64,000 nt of DNA from contig CBIMES010000001.1 of the NCBI GenBank assembly GCA_966243015.1, positions 426,076-490,075 of the forward strand. The letters are read 5' to 3'. The notes under the pieces were generated by a model. It did not search any database. It was not told the DNA's origin and saw only the letters and a list, made by a program, of their open reading frames with translations. The stretch comes from an uncultured bacterium (lineage in GTDB: Bacteria > Patescibacteriota > Minisyncoccia > Phycocordibacterales > UBA6065). The translations under genes and the position numbers were made by a program. Of the stretch, positions 36,490-43,725 are shown piece by piece (position 1 is the stretch's first letter; every line of letters starts with the position of its first letter).

Positions 36490-37008
36490 TTAGAGCTTCC
36501 GACTATCGTACGCCCAGTGAAGAAGGGCCTGCCTTTGCTTTCGGTGACAGAAGAAGTCGCCGGGACGGCACGAGTGCGCCACCTGGGCGACGTGGCGACG
36601 CATGGCCTTCCAGCGCTTGATCTGCCGGGCATCCTCCTCTGGCAGACGGCGGCCACGATAGTAACGGCAATACCATTGAAACCAGCCGCGCGGGTCGTCA
36701 GGGTAGATCCACCCCTTCCTCACCCACTCGGCCAAAGACTGCGATGCATTCACGCCAAAGAAGTTGAGTTTTGGATCGTGTTTGCCCGGCGAGAGCTTGG
36801 CGTTCTCGAACCAGCTCGCGGGAAACTCAGCGCGGCAGTCAGTCATGTACTTGCCGCCGAAGACGCCGAGGGCCAGGCATTCGGCGGGCGTGAGGTCGGG
36901 CTTGAACTCGGGATCAAAGTCCCTGCCCTCGGGAGCGGTGAGCTCATACGAGTACCCATCCTGCATGAGGTCATGGACGGTCACGGTCTCTATTCTGCGC
37001 GAGGACAT
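36490..37008 (-). CDS. Conserved hypothetical protein (Trp/Arg-rich, 172 aa)
   Basis: ORF with a realistic conserved-looking core (GWIYPDDPRGWFQWYCRYYRGRR). The family was not recognised. Confidence 0.55.
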   Translation of the reverse strand: MSSRRIETVTVHDLMQDGYSYELTAPEGRDFDPEFKPDLTPAECLALGVFGGKYMTDCRAEFPASWFENAKLSPGKHDPKLNFFGVNASQSLAEWVRKGWIYPDDPRGWFQWYCRYYRGRRLPEEDARQIKRWKAMRRHVAQVAHSCRPGDFFCHRKQRQALLHWAYDSRKL

Positions 37009-37009
37009 G

Positions 37010-37342
37010 CTAGATGAAGATGATGAGGCCGATGGTGACGGCCGCGACGGACGAGAGGAGGACGTACCCCGCCATCATATCCTTGATCCTCCCTATCGCC
37101 GGGTCCTGATTCGGCTCGATTTTATTGCAAATGTCCTCGACGGCGGTGTTCACGATCTCGGCCATGAGGACAAGGGCGACCGCGAAGACGATCGCGACCC
37201 ACTCAAGCGAGGAAAGCCCGCGGACGAATCCGAGGGCAATGACGAGAACCGCGACGACGGCCTGCACGCGGAAGTTAAACTCCTCGCGAAGCACTGTCCT
37301 GAAACCGTTCGCGGCCCAACCAAAGCTCTTGATGAATCTCAT
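37010..37342 (-). CDS. dgkA: Diacylglycerol/undecaprenol kinase
   Basis: 110 aa with 3 TM helices and a DgkA signature (MAEIVNTAVEDICN). Confidence 0.85.
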   Translation of the reverse strand: MRFIKSFGWAANGFRTVLREEFNFRVQAVVAVLVIALGFVRGLSSLEWVAIVFAVALVLMAEIVNTAVEDICNKIEPNQDPAIGRIKDMMAGYVLLSSVAAVTIGLIIFI

Positions 37343-37356
37343 ATGAAAATGCGCGA

Positions 37357-37923
37357 CTAGTATTTGCGGATAACGCCCTTCACGACGGCGACGATGTGAA
37401 GGTCGTACTCGGGATAGATGGGCTTGTAGTTCCTGTTGGCTGGCTCGAGGTAGATCTGATTGCCCTTCTTGCGGTAGAACTTCATGGTCCAGCCGCCGTC
37501 CACCTCGGCGATGACGATGTCGCCAACCTTGGCATTGTCGGTTTTCTCGGCAACGACGAGGTCGCCCTCCCTGATGCCCTCCTCGATCATGGAGTCGCCC
37601 TTCACCTCGAGAAGGTATGTCTTCTCGCGATCCTCGACGAGATAGGTATTGAGGTTAAGGGTGTCGAGAGTGTGCTCTTCGGCGACCATTGGGATACCCG
37701 CCTCGACGAGACCGAGAAGTGGAACCTCGTCCATCATGCGCGTCGGCGAGAGCTTGCCCTGGGCGTCCTTGGTCACGACGCCAGCCTCAATCAGCTTGTT
37801 GATGAGTTTGTAGACGGCGTTCTTTGACTTGAAGCCGGTGAGATCCATGATCTCCTTGTAGCCGGGCATGCGCTTGTGCGTCGCGTAGAAGCCGGTGATC
37901 TGTGTCTTGTACTTCTCGAACAT
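37357..37923 (-). CDS. lexA: LexA repressor
   Basis: N-terminal wHTH region and C-terminal S24 peptidase motifs (GDSM and a KxGD Ser-Lys dyad region). Start trimmed to MFEKYKTQITGF (ATG 37923). Confidence 0.9.
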   Translation of the reverse strand: MFEKYKTQITGFYATHKRMPGYKEIMDLTGFKSKNAVYKLINKLIEAGVVTKDAQGKLSPTRMMDEVPLLGLVEAGIPMVAEEHTLDTLNLNTYLVEDREKTYLLEVKGDSMIEEGIREGDLVVAEKTDNAKVGDIVIAEVDGGWTMKFYRKKGNQIYLEPANRNYKPIYPEYDLHIVAVVKGVIRKY

Positions 37924-37958
37924 TAAGTAAGGGGTGTAAGGGTCTCGCCTATTATATC

Positions 37959-38168
37959 CTAGAGGGTAAACGACGCGACCATCTGACCTGCCCTCTCGAT
38001 CCACGATGGCTGATGAGTCTTCGTGAGGTACTGGAGCTGGGCGATGAGGAACTTGTGTCGGCGGGCGTCCCTCTTGTAGGACTGGCCCTTGATGATCTTC
38101 ATGTCGATGGCCCAGTTGAGTGCCACGATCTCCTTCTTGATGGTCTTTGCGAGGGTTGTCTTGCTCAT
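37959..38168 (-). CDS. Small SOS-regulated hypothetical protein (69 aa) co-transcribed with lexA
   Basis: Start MSKTTLAKT at 38168 lies 45 nt downstream of a promoter carrying the LexA box. The longer ORF-track start at 38255 would lie upstream of that promoter. Confidence 0.5.
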   Translation of the reverse strand: MSKTTLAKTIKKEIVALNWAIDMKIIKGQSYKRDARRHKFLIAQLQYLTKTHQPSWIERAGQMVASFTL

Positions 38169-38219
38169 AGATGTTTCTCGTTTATTTCGTTTAAATTCGG
38201 TCGCTGTCTGTATGAAATA

Positions 38220-38248
38220 AGTATAGGTGAACTCTCGTTCACCTGCAA
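38220..38248 (-). promoter_or_regulatory. SOS promoter: -35 TTGCAG (38243-38248), LexA/Cheo box GTGAACGAGAGTTCAC (38227-38242) in the 17-nt spacer, -10 TATACT (38220-38225)
   Basis: Minus-strand reading shows a GAAC-N4-GTTC perfect palindrome exactly between consensus-like -35 and -10 hexamers. Confidence 0.75.
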
Positions 38249-38282
38249 GAGACATCCCAGAGAATCCTGTGGATAAGTCGGC

Positions 38283-38714
38283 CTAGGCCGTGTCCGACTC
38301 GGTGACAATGCCCTCGAATTCGTCAGAAGAGTCAGCCTCCCCCATCGCCTTGGTGTCGTGAGCCACGCCGTCTCGGTGATGCGGAGGGCAATAGAGCGTA
38401 TAGAGCTTGAGCGGCTCGGCGTCAGAGACGTTGATGACGTTGTGCCAGGTGCCGGCGGGCACGATGGCGACCGATCCGTCCGAGACCTCGTGCCTCTCGC
38501 CCGGGGCGCCGTCGACCGCGTTCAGGACGACCGCGCCGCGACCTGCCTCGAAGCGGAAGAACTGGTCCACGTCGTGCACCTCGTTGCCGATCTCCTCGCC
38601 CGGCCGAAGGCTCATGGCGACGAGCTGCACGTTCTTCGCCGTATACAGCACCTCGCGGAACTTTTCGTTCCCGACCGTCAGCCTCTCGATGTTCGCTATG
38701 TATCCTTTTTTCAT
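38283..38714 (-). CDS. Cupin-domain protein
   Basis: Cupin motifs (G...H.VDQFF...G......PAGTWHNV). Confidence 0.75.
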   Translation of the reverse strand: MKKGYIANIERLTVGNEKFREVLYTAKNVQLVAMSLRPGEEIGNEVHDVDQFFRFEAGRGAVVLNAVDGAPGERHEVSDGSVAIVPAGTWHNVINVSDAEPLKLYTLYCPPHHRDGVAHDTKAMGEADSSDEFEGIVTESDTA

Positions 38715-38757
38715 ATGCCCCTATTGTACACCTGGGCACGGCGAGCGCACGACCGTA

Positions 38758-39171
38758 TTACACAATACGAATGCCCCTGAGCTCGGCGCGCAATTCCCGG
38801 TAGTTCGGCATCGCCCTGGCCACGAGATCCCAGAACCCCTGCGAGTGATTGAACTCTCCCCTGTGACAGAGCTCGTGAACGATGACATAGTCGGAGAGAT
38901 GCGCCGGCAGAAGGGCGATGCGGTAGTTGAAGTTGAGATTGCCGGACGAAGAGCAGCTCCCCCACCTGCTGCGCTGGTCGCGAATGGCGACCTTGCCGTA
39001 CGTGAATCCGTAGAACTGATTGAAGTGAGCGAGGCGGGCGTGGACGAGGGCGCGGGCGGATTCCCTGTGCACAAGATAGCTGGCGCGAGATGCGGCGGAC
39101 GGGCGACGGGCACGTCGCGGTCTCCGACGGACCTTCGTCGCGAACCTAACGCGCCAGAGCAAGTTTCTCAT
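38758..39171 (-). CDS. DUF45/YgjP-like Zn-dependent hydrolase (short form, HELCH motif)
   Basis: SRWGSCSSSGNLNFNYRIALLP...VIVHELCHRGEFNHS matches DUF45 (M48-like). It is only 137 aa and overlaps the GIY-YIG gene 3' end by 26 nt. Confidence 0.65.
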   Translation of the reverse strand: MRNLLWRVRFATKVRRRPRRARRPSAASRASYLVHRESARALVHARLAHFNQFYGFTYGKVAIRDQRSRWGSCSSSGNLNFNYRIALLPAHLSDYVIVHELCHRGEFNHSQGFWDLVARAMPNYRELRAELRGIRIV

Positions 39172-39394
39172 CGCGGGAGAGCTTCTTAATGCGAGCCTCC
39201 TCGACCGAGGCTGACGACCTGTCGGGAAAGGCCCTCGAGTACACGAGCCTCACCGGGCGACGGCTGCGGGTGTATTTTGCGCCCCTTGATCCAGGGGCGG
39301 CAGAGTTGTGCTCCTCCACCCTGCGGGCGAGGTCGGTCGTGATGCCCGTGTAGAGGGTGTTGTCGGAACAGAGGAGGATGTAGAGGTGGTACAT
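39146..39394 (-). CDS. GIY-YIG nuclease family protein (82 aa)
   Basis: YHLYILLCSDNTLYTGITTDLARRVEEH matches the GIY-YIG catalytic module. The ATG overlaps the DUF2075 stop codon (TAATG). Confidence 0.85.
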   Translation of the reverse strand: MYHLYILLCSDNTLYTGITTDLARRVEEHNSAAPGSRGAKYTRSRRPVRLVYSRAFPDRSSASVEEARIKKLSRDEKLALAR

Positions 39395-41364
39395 TAAATT
39401 TCCTTAAACCCAATACTTTTTAAGTAACCGTAGGTTTCGTCGTAAAATTCTGGGCTACGTGTCGAATCATTCGCATCTCCGTTGGGCACAACAATAACCA
39501 TGCCCTGTCGTGCACGAGTTAGCAAAACACGATAGGCGTTTTTCTGATATGTCTGCCTCTCTTCTTTTTTAATATTCTGCCATCTACTGCCAACAAAGGA
39601 ATAATGACCCCATGCATCTCCCGTATACCTAAAGTCCCCATCCCAAACCACACAAGACCAGTCGAGCTCAAGACCCTGAATGTCAAACTCAGTAGCAACA
39701 TCCTCCATGTAGTACGACGAACGAACATCGTCCTTTCCATCCAAAAACCAGTGAACCGGATCAACCGTTGACTTAACGAATATGGCATGCGGCCGTAGAC
39801 GCTCCGCCTGAGATGAGACGATCATCCCGTAACGCTCGCTTCCACGCGCATGTGTTTTAATCCAATCCTTTGCCATCTTAATGTCACGAGTGATTACTAT
39901 TGGATACTTTTCGTGTAACCCCTCCAAAGTTTTGCTTGCTTGCAACGGCCTTATATCAAGAACCTCTTTTACCAATTTAGAGACATTTTCAGCACGAAAA
40001 GAACGCATCGAAACCGCAAGGTGCAATTCGTCAATGAAATGAACATTTTTTTGGTTTTTAATTTTCTCAATAATTTCACCGCTACCGTATTCCGAGTCAG
40101 TGAGGCGTGGCGAAACATATATTTCCCATTCAGGGAAGGATCCATTGAGGCAATTTATCCATTCTTTTATACCTCCCTCACCCGTATGAATCTCCTGTCC
40201 GCCGCCGACAAGGCACACAACGGTCGCCCAATCATTGTGCCTATCCATACACGAAATAAGAAATTCTGGCTCTGAAAGATTAAAATCTTGCTGCCCTTTT
40301 TTCCTTCGCATGAAATCGACCGTCTGCTTTTTATCCCAAGCACGTTGCGCCTCATCAAAAAGTGCCACGTGCTCAATTGGCGCTTTCTGCCCCCGAAGAC
40401 AATCGTCTCTAAAGTGGTGAACGTTTTGGATAAACAAACTAACTTCACGAATTGCGTCTTTTTTTGTAAATCTATTTCCTTTTTCCTTTTCCCTTGCGAC
40501 ACGATCTCGCGCCAAAGCCTCTCGTAGAATCGAAACAAGAGGACCGTTCCCCGAAAGATACACGCTATATAAATCACTGTCCTTATCAAGGTGTTTTTGA
40601 GCCACATCAAGTCCGACAAGCGTCTTGCCCGCACCGGGAACACCGGTCACAAAACAAATCGATTTACGCCCATTTTTCTTAGAATCAGCTATAACGCCTG
40701 AAACACGAGCAACGGTGTTTTTGAGATTTATGGCACCCGCATCTGAACGAGAGATACTTTCAACTGCATGTCCGCGATAAAGCGACATTGCAGCTTCTAC
40801 AATCGTAGGTGTTGGGCTATATATGCCGTCTTCCCACTTACGTTGGTTTATTTTCCCTGAGTCAACAAATTTTTCGAGCAGAGAAAAAATATCTTTCACA
40901 CCCTCGGCATTGACAGCAATGGGCTGAAAAACCTTATCTTCTTGCTTCGAAAATTGAGGGGTTACGATAGTTTGTTTTGCCTCTGTTGCAACAAGAACAG
41001 GGGCAATGTATATATCATGGCTAGTGCTGTGAAAATTTTTGAGATCCAGGGCATAATCCCAGACTTGATCAAGTGCATATGAGGCATATGCCGATTCGCC
41101 CACCTTAAACTCAATAACGTATAAAGTGTTCCCGGTAATAACCACGGCGTCTATACGCCTTCCCATTCGGGGAATTGAGTATTCGAAATAAATAGCACCG
41201 TCCTTATTTTTTAACGCTTCCTTCAATAACCTGATCTGTGCAATCCACGTGTCTCGTTGGGCTTTGATCACATCAAAATCACTGCTTGCGGTGATCTTGC
41301 CAAGGACAGTATCGACGTCTTCACCTAGAAACGATTGTATCGTATTTGAGTAAAAGTGATTCAC
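39394..41364 (-). CDS. DUF2075 (Schlafen-like) nuclease-helicase: N-terminal PD-(D/E)xK-like module and P-loop SF1-like ATPase
   Basis: N-terminal RIDAVVITGNTLYVIEFKV (D...ExK), Walker A GVPGAGKT, C-terminal YRVLLTRARQGMVIVVP typical of the DUF2075 end. GC about 42% against a 60% background. Confidence 0.85.
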   Translation of the reverse strand: MNHFYSNTIQSFLGEDVDTVLGKITASSDFDVIKAQRDTWIAQIRLLKEALKNKDGAIYFEYSIPRMGRRIDAVVITGNTLYVIEFKVGESAYASYALDQVWDYALDLKNFHSTSHDIYIAPVLVATEAKQTIVTPQFSKQEDKVFQPIAVNAEGVKDIFSLLEKFVDSGKINQRKWEDGIYSPTPTIVEAAMSLYRGHAVESISRSDAGAINLKNTVARVSGVIADSKKNGRKSICFVTGVPGAGKTLVGLDVAQKHLDKDSDLYSVYLSGNGPLVSILREALARDRVAREKEKGNRFTKKDAIREVSLFIQNVHHFRDDCLRGQKAPIEHVALFDEAQRAWDKKQTVDFMRRKKGQQDFNLSEPEFLISCMDRHNDWATVVCLVGGGQEIHTGEGGIKEWINCLNGSFPEWEIYVSPRLTDSEYGSGEIIEKIKNQKNVHFIDELHLAVSMRSFRAENVSKLVKEVLDIRPLQASKTLEGLHEKYPIVITRDIKMAKDWIKTHARGSERYGMIVSSQAERLRPHAIFVKSTVDPVHWFLDGKDDVRSSYYMEDVATEFDIQGLELDWSCVVWDGDFRYTGDAWGHYSFVGSRWQNIKKEERQTYQKNAYRVLLTRARQGMVIVVPNGDANDSTRSPEFYDETYGYLKSIGFKEI

Positions 41365-41447
41365 GGCTTTTTTGTGGTTGTTGTTTAGGTATTATATTTA
41401 TACTAACACCCAACATACCTGAAAATCTCTTAGATTTCACACAAAAT

Positions 41448-41912
41448 TCACTTCGCGAGCCTGAATCTTCCGGTAATATTCCATGGTAGTCTTTTAAGAT
41501 TTTTCCTCTTAATATCATGCTCCCAAATCACCACCGTCTTCCACCCCTCCCTCTTAAGCGCCCTGAGATTTTTTCGATCCCTCGCCCTATTGCCCAATAT
41601 CTTATGTGACCAAAACTCGGTGTTAGTCTTGGGCATTCCCTTGGTACACTTCCTGCACCCGTGCCAGAAACAGCCGTTGATAATGATGGCAATCTTTCGC
41701 CCAGGAAAGGCGATGTCGGGCTTACCGGGGGCCTTCTTCCAGTGAAGTCGGTAGCCGCGAATGCCGAGCGAAGACAAATGCTTGCGCACGATAAGCTCAG
41801 GCTTCGTATTCTTGGACTTGTTAGCGAGCATCACGTTCCTCACCGCGATGCTTGTCGAAACGGGAGTCGGCGGACGTTTCGCAGGCTTCTTTTTTGATAA
41901 TTTCCTTATCAT
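41448..41912 (-). CDS. vsr: Very-short-patch-repair endonuclease (Vsr-like)
   Basis: KPDIAFPGRKIAIIINGCFWHGC and later WEHD match the Vsr family. No DNA m5C methyltransferase gene is adjacent. Confidence 0.85.
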   Translation of the reverse strand: MIRKLSKKKPAKRPPTPVSTSIAVRNVMLANKSKNTKPELIVRKHLSSLGIRGYRLHWKKAPGKPDIAFPGRKIAIIINGCFWHGCRKCTKGMPKTNTEFWSHKILGNRARDRKNLRALKREGWKTVVIWEHDIKRKNLKRLPWNITGRFRLAK

Positions 41913-41933
41913 TTGTTGATAAAGAATTTATCA
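41895..41933. promoter_or_regulatory. Operator-like array: two TGATAA-N5-TTATCA palindromes (41895-41911 and 41917-41933). The four hexamers are phased 11 bp apart and overlap the vsr RBS and start codon.
   Basis: Read directly. Hexamers at 41895, 41906, 41917 and 41928. Confidence 0.6.
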
Positions 41934-41966
41934 CGTTTTAAGAACTAAATGTAACCGCCCCAGAGG

Positions 41967-42317
41967 CTATTTAACCCTAAAAACCTCCCCTCTCCCCGTC
42001 CTCCCCACCGACACGACAAAGCCCTCCGCGGCGAGGGTGGCGAGATACCGTTCCGCCTGGGCGCGGTCGAAGCCAAGCATGTCCTGCACGTCAGACACCG
42101 AGACCTCGAGGCGATGCCTGACGAGCACTCTCACCCGCTCGAGGTTCTCGCGCCTCGCGAAAGCGTCCTCCTCGGGCGCAGATGGTGTGACGCCGGCAAC
42201 CACGCCCGCCTCGCTCATCTCCGTCGACCGTCTGCGCACGACGTAGACAATGATCGTGACGGCGGCAGCGAGGACGAGGAGGGCAGCGATGATGAGGACG
42301 ACAGGGACGATATTCAT
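41967..42317 (-). CDS. Membrane-anchored winged-HTH protein (paralog A)
   Basis: N-terminal TM helix and C-terminal wHTH-like DVQDMLGFDRAQAERYLATLAAEGFVVSVGRTGRGEVFRV. Paralogous to 43267..43647. Confidence 0.6.
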   Translation of the reverse strand: MNIVPVVLIIAALLVLAAAVTIIVYVVRRRSTEMSEAGVVAGVTPSAPEEDAFARRENLERVRVLVRHRLEVSVSDVQDMLGFDRAQAERYLATLAAEGFVVSVGRTGRGEVFRVK

Positions 42318-42412
42318 GGTTGGTTTGCGTTACATCTAATCTGTCCTAAAAGGATAATAAAAAGAAGGTAAAGTTTTGGTAAAGAAACCGATGCCCTCCC
42401 TATCACACAACA

Positions 42413-42443
42413 AAAAGAAAGGCTCAGTCCACTGAGCCTTTCT
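42413..42443 (-). terminator. Terminator aaaaagaaaGGCTCAGTCCACTGAGCCtttctc (copy 3 of the hairpin family, CC-loop variant) downstream of the NYN gene
   Basis: Read directly. It is 30 nt identical to the copy at 43211-43243. Confidence 0.75.
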
Positions 42444-42611
42444 CAAAATCAACCCCTCGGCAAGGGGTAAAACGGATGTTTACTTTTGACCAAAATTATA
42501 TATACTCATGATATCTTCTGGTTTATTCATTTTGACCAGAAGGGCACTACATCCAAGGGCGGCCCTCCGAAAGGAGGGCCGCTTTGTATGTGTGCTCACT
42601 TGTTTCCCTTA

Positions 42612-43184
42612 CTAAACCGAGGCCCTCCGCTCAAGATCCCTTCCCCATATATCACCCTCTATAAGAAGAACGTCATAATACCCATCAGACCCTGTACGGA
42701 GCTCTTGGGATACATTGTTTCTCGAGGAGAATACACAGGCCTTCTTTCCCCTGCTTCTCACATAGGTGATAAGGGCGAGGAAATCTGAGTCTCCGGTAAA
42801 GAACACGGCCGTATCGTATACCGAGACGTTGTGCACGACATCGATGGTAATTTCGACATCCATATTGCCCTTCTCCTTGATCAAATCTCCTTGGGCGCCC
42901 TGCACGGGTATTCGCTTGAGCTCTTTCTTGACGACCGTAAAGCCAAGCCCTTTCTTGAGGTACGTGTAAAAACGATGCTTGCCGTCGAGATCATAATCCC
43001 GGGTCCCTTTCGCGGGATAGGCCGTATAGTAAAACACCTTGAGCTCAGTTGCCGAAAATTCACGGACGAGAAAGGCCCTGAGCTTCTCATAGTCAAACAT
43101 CTTGCCGCGTGCCTTCTGGGCCTGCCAGAGATTGCTCGCGTCGATGAAAACATAAACACGGTTGTTTTGCGGTAAGTCGACCAT
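42612..43184 (-). CDS. NYN-domain (LabA-like, PIN-fold) nuclease family protein
   Basis: VYVFIDASNLW and TGDSDF motifs of the NYN/LabA family. Confidence 0.85.
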   Translation of the reverse strand: MVDLPQNNRVYVFIDASNLWQAQKARGKMFDYEKLRAFLVREFSATELKVFYYTAYPAKGTRDYDLDGKHRFYTYLKKGLGFTVVKKELKRIPVQGAQGDLIKEKGNMDVEITIDVVHNVSVYDTAVFFTGDSDFLALITYVRSRGKKACVFSSRNNVSQELRTGSDGYYDVLLIEGDIWGRDLERRASV

Positions 43185-43210
43185 GACGCCGTGATTCTAT
43201 CATACGAGGG

Positions 43211-43243
43211 ATAAAGAAAGGCTCAGTCCACTGAGCCTTTCTT
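43211..43243 (-). terminator. Terminator ataaagaaaGGCTCAGTCCACTGAGCCtttcttc (copy 4 of the hairpin family, CC-loop variant) downstream of wHTH paralog B
   Basis: Read directly. Confidence 0.75.
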
Positions 43244-43266
43244 CGTCGCCCTATTGAGCCCTATTT

Positions 43267-43647
43267 CTAGCGCACCGCCCTGTACGTCACGCCCCTTCCC
43301 TTGTCGCCGTGGCGGACGAGCAGACCCTCGGCCTCAAGCTCGTGCAGGTACCGCGTGGCCGTCGCGTCAGAGACGCCGAGAGCCCGCTCTACGTCGTTGT
43401 TCGCGATCTCCTCGCTCTCGTACGCGAGGTCGAGCACGTCCTGGAGATGCTTCTGCCTGCGGGCCTGGATCGGCGTGAAGTGGTCGAGATTGCCCCGCTC
43501 CTCGTGCCTGTGCCAGAAGAGGAGGAAGAAGACGGTGAGGACCGCGAAGAAGAGCGCGAGCATCGGGTCGATGAAGGCGACAACGAGGACGAATCCCGCC
43601 ATGAGGGTGCCAATCGTCTTTTTTGAGATCTCTATGTCCATGCCCAC
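43267..43647 (-). CDS. Membrane-anchored winged-HTH protein (paralog B)
   Basis: Two TM helices and C-terminal DVERALGVSDATATRYLHELEAEGLLVRHGDKGRGVTYRAV, which aligns with paralog A. Confidence 0.6.
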   Translation of the reverse strand: MGMDIEISKKTIGTLMAGFVLVVAFIDPMLALFFAVLTVFFLLFWHRHEERGNLDHFTPIQARRQKHLQDVLDLAYESEEIANNDVERALGVSDATATRYLHELEAEGLLVRHGDKGRGVTYRAVR

Positions 43648-43725
43648 ATTCTATCACCCGTCTCGCCGTCGGCAACCGCCCATAAAAAAGCCGGCACCCA
43701 TGTGCCGGCTTGAATGACCGTCTGC

